DNA of 64,000 nucleotides from Cyanophora paradoxa CCMP329 (taxonomy: Eukaryota; Plantae; Glaucophyta). Shown here one piece after another: positions 30,601-43,400 of the stretch; positions within the stretch are counted from its first letter, which is position 1, and each line of letters starts with the position of its first letter. The stretch is taken from positions 62,001 through 126,000 of the forward strand of contig QPMI01000023.1 in assembly GCA_004431415.1 (NCBI GenBank), in the 5' to 3' direction. Under the pieces are notes generated by a model, which made no database searches, was not told the DNA's origin, and saw nothing but the letters and a program-made list of their open reading frames with translations. The translations under genes and the position numbers were made by a program.

Positions 30601-33600
30601 GCAGCCGCTCGTTGCGGAAGTTTGCTATCGAGTGCGCATCCATTTGCTTGGTTGTATGCATGCTATCCAACTTCATGTCTAAGGACCCTCTTCAGATTAT
30701 CAATTCTCACGATCGCAATCGATTGCATGGCGCGCTTACGATTGGCTGACCCAGAACGTGGCCAACGGATCGCCAGCCGTCAATGCGGCTACAATCGCAT
30801 GTGCGCTTCAATACGTTTCCGAGCAACTCTATAGCCTAGTAGTGCCGCTTCTACTGGATCTTATGCCTCCTCAGATCATTGGCTTCGGAGTGGCGAAAGC
30901 TCAGTGGCTTGCTGCACGTCGATGTGGCCGCGGAAGCTGCCTACCACGCGGGAGCGTACATCGAGGTGCGTCGAAAAACTTCGTCTGACAACTTGGTCGG
31001 CCAAGGTTGTCGATCCGCCGTACTGACGCGCGCTGCAGGCAGCGGACTTGTGCCAGCGCGCCCTATCCGTCTTCGATGCGGAAAGGCCTTCGCTGCCCGC
31101 CGAGGTGCAGGCGATTCAGGACCTGGCCGCCGCCCGCCGCCTCGCGATTCTCTCGGACTGCCATTTTCGCATGGGCCATTTTGCGGCCGCCTTGAAGGTG
31201 CCCTCGCGCCCTGCTTCGGGCTTCTTATTCTTCGTACGAAGCTTTTCCCAGACTGGGAATCGATTGCTCGGACTGCTCGGCCTTCCGACGGCGGATCAGG
31301 CGCCCGTCTTTTGGGGTGTTTTGACTACAATGGCACGGGTCAGCCGGCGCGGGCCGGTGCGGGGACCAATTCCCCGAAAGAGACTGGAATTCTCGACGAG
31401 TCGTCCAAGCGCGCGATTCTGCTCGAGTTCTTGCCAGTAATGTTCCATGCGCTGGTTCGAGTTTTGTTCGTGTTCAAGCGGTCGCGGCCGATTGCGCCCA
31501 CTCGCAGCACAACGACAGCGATCCTCTCGCCGCGCTGTACTATTCCGTGAAGCATGCGGAGGTGCCGCGCCTTGCGCGCGTGCTTCAGCCATTTGTTTTC
31601 TTACGGTGAAATCTCAGTTGGCAATGGGGAGCTCCAATCCATCGCACTTTGTTGAAGGCTGCACGCTCATGTGAGTGATTGTGGATTTGCAGCCACACCC
31701 GGCGCTTCTCTCGACGCGAGCCGACTTCCACGTTTCAGGGGCGCTGTAACATTCTCGACGGGGAAGCACAAGCAGATGGCGCGCTGGTTCGGCGCCGCCG
31801 AGGCTGCTCTGGCCAGCGGCGGTGTCTCCCTCCGAGCGGATGAGATCTTTACTGTGGACAGGGTGTGCCGCGCGCGATTGCGATGCGAAGCCCGCGACTT
31901 TCCATGCTTGGTCCGCCCTGAGCACGGGCGCCTCAGATGATGGCTTCGTTCTTCAGCGCCGACTTGGCGGACGCGGAGCGCCGCGCCGACGAGGCGGTGC
32001 CAAAGGTGCAGCGCCAGCGCCAGCGCTAGCTGCAGTTTTCCTGTGGCCGGCGCTGGCCGATGACGCGCGTGCGGTCGCCAGTTTCGGCTCGTCGGAACAC
32101 AGCAGGACAGATGATCACCATCGTGCTTCAGTCTTCTTCTGGCCTGCTCTTCCTTCATTTGTCTGAAGCCATCGTTTGCTCGCTGCAGCTCACTGCCGGC
32201 CACGCCGCGGCCATGCGAGGGCGCGCCGCGGACGCCGCGCGCATGTACGCCAAGGTGATCGAGCTGTCCAAGGCCTTCGAATTCGGAGAGTCGCACTACG
32301 CGGCAATCGGGTGCGTTCCATTTCGCGGCTGTTCACCTCGCGACGTGGAGCCGAATCCCGCGGTCCGCTTTCTGTCAGGTTCATGTCGCTGGCCGGGACG
32401 ATGCTGGAGTTTGGCGGGTCGCTGGACGAGGCCCAGAACATGCTGCGGAATGCGAGGGGCCAGTTCAAGGACGAGGAAGGCTTCCGCAGCCGGAAGGTAC
32501 GCGCGATCCGCACAGAGTCTAGAGCAGCGCAGCCGCAGTGGCGAACCAAACGTTTTGGGGTTGCAGGGCATCCGCCTTCAGTACCACGCACTCCTCGCCG
32601 CGATTCTCGATCGCCAAGGCCGCAGCGCGGTGCGGAGGTTCCCGCCCCCCTCTCTCACCGCGAGACAGCTAATCCGAAGGATCCGGAGAGCAGGAAGCTA
32701 GGCAGGAGGCGGACAACGCCGTCGACGCCATCTTGGAGCACCGGTATGTGCGCGGCATCGGTCGGGTGCGCCCTTGAGCTTGAACACGAGTTTTTTTTCC
32801 GGCGATTATGCGATGGCCCGCACGCGCGTGTGTCCATGAAGCGCTGACCTGTGCCCAGGCGGCGCCCGCGGACGGCCTCACGAACCACTGCCTCGTCCTG
32901 GTGCGGCCCGCGCCCGCCTCCTGGCCCGTCGCGCGAACCCAGCCGGCTGCAAACTTGATGCCGCTCACGCCACTCGGCGCAGCTCGTTCGGCACTACGCA
33001 CTTTTGGAGCACGCACAGCGATCCAGTCCGCGGATCGTGGCTGAGACGGCGCCTGTCGGGGCACCCGTCGCCGGCGTCGTGGCGCCGCAGCAGGCGAAGC
33101 CGGCCTCCTCCGACACCGAAGACGCTGGTGCCGGCACGGCGGGGGCGACGGAAGGGGGCGGCCCCGGGCCCTCTGTGCGGTCCGGCTGGAGCGCACTCCT
33201 CGCGGACATCGACTTGATTGCTCTGCGCCGCGACTCGGCGTGGTCCAACGTCGGCTCGTCGCGAGCCCCCACGTCGACCGTCTCTCCGCTCGCGGCGTCC
33301 ATGCCGGCGCCGGCGCCTGCGAGCGCGCCGTCGGCGCTCGATCTCGAGGCGCGCCCAGCGGAGGCTCCTCTCGCGAAGGCGCGACCCGCGTCGGCGCCGG
33401 CGCCGTCGTCGGCAGAGCAGCGTCCGGATGCAAGGCGGCCTCGGGCGCCGCTGGACGCGATACGCGAGTGCGTGGCGGTGCTGGAGACGAGCGCCGGCGG
33501 CTTTCCGGTCGTGCGGCCGGTGCTGGCGTGGGCCAAGGCGGCCCAGGGCGCCGCGCGGGCCGCCTCGGCCTCGCTGCAGCTCCTCCGCCGCTTCCGCCTC

Positions 33601-33798
33601 GCCGGCGCTGCAAAGCAGCTGCGCAAGGCCGCCGAGGGCGCGGCGGCCGCCGGCCTGACGACGTACGAGGCGCTCTGCTGGCACGAGCTCTCCGTCCTCT
33701 CCGGCGACCCCCGCGAGCGCGCCGCCGCAGCCGAGCGGGCTGGCGCCGCGCGCGCCCGCATGCAGCCGCTCGCCACGTCCAGCCGGAGCGCCCGCTGA
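24605..33798 (+). CDS. Soluble adenylyl cyclase (ADCY10)-like STAND protein 1: tandem class III cyclase domains, P-loop NTPase, helical/TPR-like C-terminus
   Basis: C1: LRAFVPDLV, VVVVDISG, FLGDAVLF, LHCAITAG. C2: ELRIITSLFL, DDKGFVGLMTFGL, AHTDDPFRA, SIGIATGRVF, RCEYN|VLGDAVNTAAR|LM. Spliced Walker A LLLVLGEPGSG|KS (~27818-27920), Walker B-like EDLHHMDSLS (~29057), GGNP, PDTLERLIVSRLEGLP. Stop 33798. Confidence 0.85.
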
Positions 33799-34447
33799 TA
33801 TTCGCGATTCAGAAATTCGTCATGGGCTTTGCCCACCTCGATTCCCCCATCGGGGCTTCGCCCAGCTCGATGATCATGATTGCATTCGCATCGAATTATC
33901 GATATCCTTTTTAGATGTTTCTTCGCTAGATTATAACTAAATAGTCTAAGGCACATGTACACTACTATGCCGCTGAGAAGTCACGGGCCTCTCTCCTTTT
34001 AAACGCCCACTCGATTTTCCCAGCTCGCGATCGGGCTTCGCCAAGCTCGATGATCGCCTTCAATAATCGATATATGTCCTTTTTATTGCCGCTGCCCTCG
34101 TTCATGGGCTTCTAGTTCCGGCGCTGGACTCTTTCAAACGTGATCATAAACGTAGTTGCACATCAACAAGTATGAATAGTTTCATAAAGTGTAGTTGTAG
34201 ATATATATATATTGCACCTCAACTAATATAAACTACTCATTGTGAACAATACTTGCACGCGATATCCGCGATATATCCGCAGTCTCGAATTCGAATCCCA
34301 CGATCGTGAGGCGGTACCCGCCGGCCTGTGACAAGCAAGTGTCCCATGCCGTCATGCATATGATCAGGCCCTCGGTACCGAGGGCGACGCGGGTCGCCCA
34401 GGTTCCCCGCCAGCACGAGGGCGGGGGATGCGACCGGGGTCGGGGGA

Positions 34448-37044
34448 ATGTCCTTGCGTCCCGCGCGCGTCGCGGTCAACTTCAAGCCCGAGCAGAGGAG
34501 CGCGAGCGAGCAGAGGAGGACGATCCCGTTCGACCTGTGGCGCCACGATCGGGACGGCGAGTGGACGCTGATGGAGCCGCGAACTGTGAAGATCGTCGAT
34601 CCCGTCATCGCTTACAACGCGCCTGTCCAGGCCTGCGAGGGCAGCAACTGGTGCTCAATTCTGCTAATCAATTTGACTTTTAATCTCTCGAAGTATACGT
34701 ATTTATGATTATGGCATGGGTGCAACTTCCAGTCGCAAATGCCACAGATCGCGACGGAGAAAGGGATAGAGCTGAAGACGCTGGCGGCCGTGCAGGCTGC
34801 GGACGCTGCCCGAGCTACGGGCCTGAACGAAGTCCTCCTCCGCGCTCTCGAGCTCAACGTGCGCCTCGGCGACGCACTGCGGCAATCGCGCCGCTCCGTC
34901 CCGTAAATGAAAGCTTACGCGTTTTTGGTGTCCTGGTGCAGGATGCTGCATCGGTGGCCGCCCTGGTAACCGAGCAATCTCTTCCTGGCGAGCAGCTCGT
35001 CAAGGTGAGGCGGCATCTGCGCGAACGTTATTAGATTCGAATTCGGCCGAAATCGGGAGCACAGGACATGGCCGTTGTTCCGTACAGTCTTACGTACGGT
35101 TTGAATGCGTACGAGCGCGATGCTCGTCTGATCGAGGAGAAGGGTGAGTGTATCTTTAACACTGTGCCTATAAATAATTATAAGAGCGAATTTTAGGAAT
35201 GAACTGGAATACGTAATAAAGATACTGATGTTATGCCTCGCGCTTGTTTAAACTTTTCACCCAGGAACGTACTACACCACGGAGGTGCACGAATCGGATG
35301 CTTCTGCGTATCCCTGATCATACTATATGATACCTTGTTGATCGCGAGTGCCTTCGCAGACGGGGAGCATCACAGGCCACGGCGCCTACACGTACGCACA
35401 TGGCGGCCTCTATGTTGGTGACTACGTCAAGCCCGGACTTGAGGTCAGCGCGGTTATGTTGAGCTATGGCAATTCATTATATTAATCTGCAGCCGCTCTA
35501 TAATCATCATTGATATCTCTGTTTTAACGTCAACGCAGGTCGGCACGTACGAAATCTACGCGCGCGACGACAAAATCGCAACGAAAATGGAGCCGGGAGT
35601 GCCTCAGGAGATTGTGGATCCTAATCCGGTTTGTAATTTGGCGCAAAGGCATTTGTGATCATTTGGAGAGCGCGGTCAATTGTAGGACTAAAGAAATCAA
35701 AAATTGCGCTTGCAGGTGCCGCAAGCAATGACGACGAACGCCGTTGGGGAGCCGACCGTGACCTTGGACGGCGCGCTGACTGGCGAGCGCGTGCGTCGCT
35801 TGATTTCGCCGTTCGCCTGCTTCACTTTTTAGGTGTACCACCGAAACTGAAATGCAGAATCCTGCTACGGAAACACTTGATGAGTCTGGTGATACCGACC
35901 TCCAGCCGGAAATGGCAGTCACTGGGTGCGCTCTTGCAGCCGCGCCAACTGGCTGGATTCGTATCTAGATCGTATTCGAATTCAACGATCTGTCGACATC
36001 CCCGCTTTGACTTTCAGTCGTATCTGGCAGAGAGCTGACGCTGACGCCGGATTACAAGGCGTCGTCGCTTCCCGGCCCCCAGGCTTGCTCCACGGTGCGC
36101 GGAACTGCCGCTAAAAATCGCGCGCAGTGTAAAGTATATATATTAACGTTCTACGTATACGCGCAGGGAGAGTGCGTCGCTGTGGAAGGCCCTAGCGCCG
36201 ATGTTGTCGACCTTGGGAAGACCTGCGGGTGAGCGTGCACCTCTACGCGTGAGAACGGTGACATAGGTCGAAGTCACTCTAACAGCTGTGAAATTGCCGC
36301 GAGCTCCACGTGCCCGCTGGAAAGCGTCAGCTCGACCTCGACGGCCACGACGCGCACAGTGACCTGCGGCGATTTCGTGAAGGAAATGGAGGCGAAGAAT
36401 CCCGATCTCCCGGCCAGGTGTGCATGCGCAGCACTTCGAAAAATTCCGAGATTAATGCATATGGACGCCGCAATTGCGACCTGGCGAAATTAATTACATA
36501 ACTCGCATCGCGTGCAGCAAAAAGCTCTCGATGCTTCTGGACAGCACCAACAATGCCTACAACTACACCTTCTCCGGCACCGAGGAGCTGTGGAGCCAGC
36601 TCTTCAAGGACAAGGGCGAGGTCACCGCCGCCGAGGTCCAGAGCGCCAGCTCTTCCGGCGTCTCGAACGGCATGGAAAAGTACGACGCCCTAGGCGACCA
36701 GGACGGGAACCTGGACAAGGCCGAGTTCCTGCTCTGCCGCGATCCGATCGAAGTCCCCATCGAGTCGGAGGTGCTCACACTGTCGAACACGACTACTGCT
36801 CCCGTCGAGTCGGAGGTGCTGCCGCTCTCGGACACGACTACTGCTCCAAGCACACCCACGGTTCGCGGATACTATCGCCCGTTATAATTCATCCGCGCCC
36901 GAGTTGACGTTCTCGCTGTCGACCGCCCCCCAGGAGGACTTCTCGTACAAGATTGCGGAGGCGGATGCCGAGTTTGCCGAGGACGCTGCGGCCGAGGAGG
37001 CCGCCGCCGCGGCGGCGGAGCTCGCCTTCGCCGACGACCAGTGA
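34448..37044 (+). CDS. Uncharacterised multi-exon protein with one MORN-like and one EF-hand-like motif and an acidic tail
   Basis: Coding-like exons between AT-rich introns, starting MSLRPARVAVNFKPEQ. MORN-like ITGHGAYTYAHGGLYVGDY (~35369-35425). EF-hand-like YDALGDQDGNLDKAEFL (~36680-36730). Ends EELAFADDQ-type acidic tail with TGA at 37042-37044. Confidence 0.5.
36756..36845 (+). repeat. 45-bp in-frame tandem duplication
   Basis: Encodes PIESEVLTLSNTTTA followed by PVESEVLPLSDTTTA. Confidence 0.85.
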
Positions 37045-37491
37045 TCATTAGGCCTCGAGCTGCGCATCCGGGCAGAGATGATCATGAGCCTCGGAGCGTT
37101 GTGTGCCGAGAAACTGCTGTCATTGATTTCTCGTGATTTTGTTGCTTTGTGAATAATATCGATATCGATCACAACACCTCGAGCTCCTAGGGTATATCTA
37201 CATAGTACCAGCCAGTGGGGGATTCGCGGGGGCTGATCATGAGGCGGATCCGGAGGTGAGGGGGCCAGCCAGGCAGGTCTCGGTAGTCGGGGGCCTGGCC
37301 GGACGAGGCAGACACGCGTACGGTTGCAGCTTCTCACGATCATGCATACGCTTAAACAATGAAAGCGCGAATTTCAAGCCCGTGCACGGGGCCATCGTTT
37401 GCGCATGCGGATCTTCAGCTTCTGCAACATTCAACGCTGTCAATATATTCGACAAAAGCGGAGGGCGCGACAGGGGTCAATATCTCTAGAT

Positions 37492-40400
37492 CTAGACGCG
37501 GCCGCGGCCCAGCATGGTGCTCCAGGCCGGCCGATCCGACCCGTCCATGTTCCCCGCGAACGCGTTGTCCTCGAGGATGCGGTGGCCCGAGCCGCCCACC
37601 CGCGCCCCGCAGTCGATGCACGTTGAGACCTGCCCCGCGGCCGGACTGGTCAGCCTCGCGATTGATATCAACCACTTGCGCATGCTGCGAGATTCCTTTT
37701 ACTTTATTTTGAGCGGAGGTATAATCACCTGCATTGCACCGCCGCACTCTCCAATGAAGTATGGGTGTCCGTTCCTACGCTCAGGGTCCGGATATCGATG
37801 AGCTACACATTGGGCGCAATTTCCTTTATTAGATTAGAAGTCACGAGCGCACGGGCACGTGAACCAGCGACCCCCGGCAAACGAGGCGCTGACCTCCACG
37901 CGCATTGCCTCCACAACCTGAAGAAATTATATGGAACGACGGAGACATGTACAGTGAAACTGAAAAGTTAATCTCACTTCGGCACGGGCCCGCTGAAGGG
38001 CGACTTGCGCGATTTTGCGCTTCACATTCTCAATGTGGACCAGCAGCGGCTTGATCACGTTTCCGTACCTGCAATATTAATAGAATGTTCAACAACATCG
38101 TCTAGCATTGATTGCATAATAAGCATTCTGGCGCGTACCGCAGGGCGCGGCGGACGGGCTTGCGGCATGTGGGGCAGTCCTTGAGCCTGACGCTGACGTG
38201 CCCGTCGCTCGTGGCCGTGTCCCGCCGAAACATGTACTCGTCCAGCGCGTCCAGGGCAAATCTGATCGTAATTAATATTTTAGGATACGTTGATTCCGTA
38301 TTGATAATCGTGATCATATGCATGAGCTCTAGATCTAGTTGACGTTGGAAGGAAAAGCACTCACACGTGCCCGCACTCGAGGCGGTAAATGAGATCCCCG
38401 CGCTCCATCTCGCCAATCGTCATCTGCAAGGCAGTTAAAGCTTTTGGATCCGGAACTCAAATTCGTGAAAAGGCACCAGAGTGATCGAGTCCGTGTGGCC
38501 GGGCTCGCAGGTCGGGCAGGGCGGGCACGGCTCCCCGCAGACCCCGCGGCACTGGAGCGAATAATATTAATGGGTAAGATACAGTTCAAAACTGGTAATT
38601 GAACAATCAAAGTCGAACCTTGTGGCGGCACGACAGGCGCTTCTGGCATCGCTTGTTGCAGACCGGGCGGTCACAAAGCTCGTAGCACAACTTAGAGCAC
38701 GCGTGGTGGCTGCGTACGCGCTCAAATAATTTAACCACTGAATTTGGACGAACTCAAAATTCAAGCTAAAGCACGAAAGCGCGTGCGCTTTATCTGGGCC
38801 CAGACTCGTGTGCATACCTGCATTTCCAGCGGCACGGCTCGCGGCATGGCAGACAAAGCTCGCCGCACTTGTTTCGGCACCGCTGACGGTGCACACACCC
38901 GTTCTCGCACGGCTCTTGGCACGCCGTCGTGCAGGCGTCACTGCAGCGACCCTTGCAGTTGTGGCCGCACAAGAGCGCCTTCTTGCAGCCCTGCGTGCAG
39001 GCGAGGTGCTCCGCGTTTCCGTGGCACGATCCGCTGCATCCGAGCAATTGCAACATGATCAGCTGCAATTTCGAGGTGATTCAAAATTGAACACGTCAGA
39101 TTTAGAGTCCTTTACCAGGTGCCCGGGCACGGGTGCCCGCAGCCGAGCGTCGCGTCGCACTTGGCCGCGCACGCCGCGTCGGAGGAGCACGGGGCTTCCT
39201 TCGCGTGCGCGGGGATGCCGCATTCGAACGTCTTCAGAACCGAAACGCGGCAAGGCCTTCCGCAGCAAAAGAAAAGCAGTTAGCAAGCAAAACCGCTAGT
39301 ACATTATTAATTATATCTAATATTTATTCTTCAAAGCTTCAATTCGTACCCACAGGGGCGTTTTCCGCAGGACTCGGTGCACTGGTGATTGCAGCCCAGG
39401 TGCACTTTCTCGCACTTGGATGTGCAGAAGGCGATCGCAGGATTCTGTCGAGCCACATATGGATGAGTCATATTAGTTTCAAGCTCTAGCAAAATCTAGA
39501 TCTCGCCTTTGCGCATTCGAGAAGCATCGTGTGGCCGCAGCCGCCGAGGCGCTTCTCGACCAGCATTCCGCAAGGAGGGCACGGCCGGCCGTGGTGGCAT
39601 GGCCGTGCGCACTGGTGATCGCACTCCTCGTACGACTCTTTGCACGTCTTGCGGCAGCGGCGACCTGTGCGTATATATGCGAAGGTCGATTAAACCAAAT
39701 AAGCACGAGGTCGGGCGCACCGTCGTGGGAGTCGGGGTGGCAAAGCTCGTCACAGACGTGCCCGCAGGCGAGCTGCTCGCCGCACGGGAGCGTGCAGCCG
39801 CCGTGCCGGACCGCAGCAAAATCCCACGGCGACGAGACGAGCCGCTTCTGCTCGGGGTGCTTCTGGCAGACGAGCTCGAGCTGGCGGCCGATGGAGGCGC
39901 GCCCGCCCGCCTCGGCCTCGAAATCCCCATCCCGCGCGGCCTCGACGATGCCGGACCAGATCGGGCTCTGCTCCGCAAGGAAGCCGAAGTTGCCAAAGAC
40001 GAACAGGCCCTTGCGGGCGCGGCTGAGGGACACGATGATGCGGTTGCGGATTCCGATGAAGCCGACGCGCTTCATCTCGTTGCTCCGCACGAGGGACAGG
40101 ATCACGATGGTGTTCTCGTCGCCCTGAGAATCGATACTCGCGATGAATAATTATAATGTTATCGTTTCAATAAAATAGACCTGATAGTCGTCGACGGTGA
40201 CGACTCGCACGTCTCCGAGATCCATTTGTTGGGCGAGGTGCCGAATGCGCCGGAATTGCGCGAGGTATGGGGTAAGCAATGTAATTTCGGTCGCCTGGTA
40301 GCCCTAGCGTGGATTTGGATGAATATCAGATTTGCAATGCCGATCTCGGTGATCTTAATTACAAGAAGAAGCTTGCCTGTTTAATGAGGTAGTCGGCCAG

Positions 40401-43400
40401 CCGGACTGCCATCTGCGCCTCATGTTCGTTGACCTTGGCGGACTTCGCGTCCGCGCCCCGGCGGGCGTTCGGCGACTGCGCGGCCTCCAGGCTGCTGTGG
40501 TCGATGAGGAAGAGGCTCGCCGCCGTCCCGCGGACGGGCTCGTGCCGCAGAACGCGCGGGTGGTCCTCAAGCTCGGGGTAGAAGCGCCGCGAGATTTCCG
40601 CGATTTCGGGCGCATGCGGGCCTGCGAAACCTGTGAGGGAGAGCCAAACTCGACAACCAGAGCCGATGCATATGCGTTGTCAATCACCTGGCGGCGAAGC
40701 GTCGCCTTGGGATACGAAGCTGAAGGAGGCGCTCGAACATCGAAATGTGGAATTTGTAATTCTTCTCGAGCTCAAAGCAGTTCACAGATGGCCGCAGCTG
40801 CTCGTGGTCCCTGCGAAGGATGTAATCATTAATTTTTTAGCGGGCGTTAAATGCATGCACAGGCCTAGGCCCAAGCTGGACCGCACCCAATCATGATGAC
40901 GTGCTGGACCGAGGGCGAGATGCACGAGAGGACCTGCGCCTCCAAAAGCTCCGCGGCCTCCTCGATCACGAGCTGCGCTCATAAATAATGAGAACGACTG
41001 TCGGTCAACATTCAACGTCGACGAACCACGCTGGGGCGAAGCCGGACGATGAGGTCTCGATGCATCGCGGCCGCCGTGCTCGTCATCGCGACGAGCGGGC
41101 ACGACCGGAGGACGCGCAGCTTCTGGTCGCTCTGCATCTGCTGGATCCGCGACGCGACTGCCTCGTACTCGTCCATAGCGTCCGCGAGCCGATCCTCTGC
41201 CTGCATGAGGAGCAGGGATGCGACCTGCGTGCGCGCGCAAATTTTTAAAATTAGCAAAACCCGAAACGGAGTCAATGAATGACAGAGACCGACGCGCCGC
41301 GGAGACGATGCGCCTGCGGGACTCGAGCGGCATGTCCCACAGCGATTCCATGTGCTCGTCGCCGGCGAGGGCAAGCCGAATGTTGTCGACAGCGTCCTCC
41401 TGCTCATCCAGCATCTCGTCAATGTATTCGGAGCGGACGAACTCGGCGGACGCGCTCGGGGCAGCTGCAGCGCGGCGGTGCGGGATGCGCAGCTGCTCGC
41501 CGTCCATGTGCCGCTCGTCGTCGACACGCGCGAGGTGGTCGTCGAGCTCGCGGGGCCGATCGTTTTCAGAACGCGGCCCCTCAAGCTCGCCGTCAGCTGC
41601 CGTTGCGACGTCGACTGCAGCTGCAGCAATTGCAAGCGGCTTTGCCTCGTGATCATCGCGGCTATCTGCATCGACGTCGGCGTTGCTTGAGCTCAGATCT
41701 AGAGCCCGAGATCCTGCTGGCCCAGGGTCGTTGGCCGTGCGCGTAGATCTAGAGCTGCCGACGTCGACGCCGGGGCCGGTACTAGTACTGGTACCGGTGT
41801 CAACAACCTGCCAGTCGGCACGGTTGGCGTGACGGTGGTACTCGTCGTACAGCGAGAGGACCCGCGCGTTTCGCTCGCTCTCCCTCTGCGCCTCGATCTC
41901 TGCAGACGACGTCGACGAGCCAGTGTCGTCGTCGGCCTCCTCGGCGCCGTCTTCGAATTCTCCGCCAGGCTCTGCATGCACGAGGATGACGGTCAGCTGC
42001 AGTAAATTAAATAGGATGACGCTTATATAATGAACATGGTACTCTTATAATGAACATGGAAAGTTTAGGAAAATCCACAATTGCAAACCGTCCGCAGGCA
42101 CAGCAAGGGCGTCGAACGGGTTCTGCAGCGCGACGGGTGCATGTCGCTGCCTTGCGTTGAGCGCTTCCTCCCGCCGGCGTTCTAGCTCGTTATGCGCGGC
42201 CCTGACCGCCACCTCCTCTGTTCCACGAGCCCAGATGTAACATGCCTGCACCAACGAGGTTGGGCGGATCTGCTCATATTCCGCAGGCATTGCGGGGATC
42301 TGCAAGCACGGGCCATCAACGTTAACAAATCCGAAACGGTCAAATTTAATTCAACTCTGCTCACGCGGGCGAGGTCCTCGCGCTGCGACTCGGAGAGTAT
42401 GTGGAGGAGCATTTGCGCGTGCAAATGCGAGATCTGCCAGCCGGCGTCGGCAGCATTCGCGATCGCGCGCCGGCCGCGCAGGGTCTCCGCGAGATGCGCG
42501 ACGCGCTCCGCGATGGCCTCGAGCCTCTCCATGGATACGGCCCTTATGATGATAATGAAGATCAGAAGCCTTAATAATAATATGCATATGAATATGGAGC
42601 ACAGCAGCTGAACGGCCGCACCAGTCGATGCGCTCCACATTTGTGCGAACGGTGCGGCTGGCTGACTGAAGGGCGGAGAGCATGCGTTCCTAGAATAATC
42701 TCAGTCAGCGGTCCAAATGCTTTGAGATAACGGCTGCCTCGTCACCAACCTTTAGGCGAAGGTCGTCCGTGCGACTGCGGCCTCCCACGCGAACCAGCTC
42801 CGGAATATGCGGAAGCAGATCCGACGCAAATTCTGTTCGAATGAAGAAGTTTAATGCCATTCGCGATCGGTTTTAATGAGCGGTGTTGAATGAAATCCTG
42901 CGAAATTAAATCGGCTGGGCCCGCGGGCACCGTCAAGGGCGTGATTGGTGTAGCAAATGACGAGGATCGGGCCCGGTCCTCGGGTTGATTCCAAGCGCTG
43001 CTTCTCCAGCACATTGTTGAGAATCTGCACGAGCTTGACCCCGACGAAGGACTTTCCAGTGCCAGGAGGCCCTGAAACAAAGCGCGTTTCAGCCGCTAAA
43101 ATAGTAGGGCGCGAAGTGCTTGCAATTGGCGGACCTTGTACAACAGCGACCTTGTGCGTGAGCATGTGGCGAATGGCGGCAAGCTGACTCGCGTCCGGTA
43201 TCGGAGTGAGCACCTCGGGATCGGGATCGGCAGCGGGATCGTCGGTGTTGGCCAGCTCGTGCGGCCAGCGCCCAACGAGGGGACCCTCGACCTCCTCAAA
43301 CCGGCGCAGCGGTTCGCCGGCCTTCGTGTACAGGCACGACAGGTCGAGCGGGCCCGCGCGGCGAAGGTACTCGGGAATGTCGTCCGCGCCGTCTCCCTAC

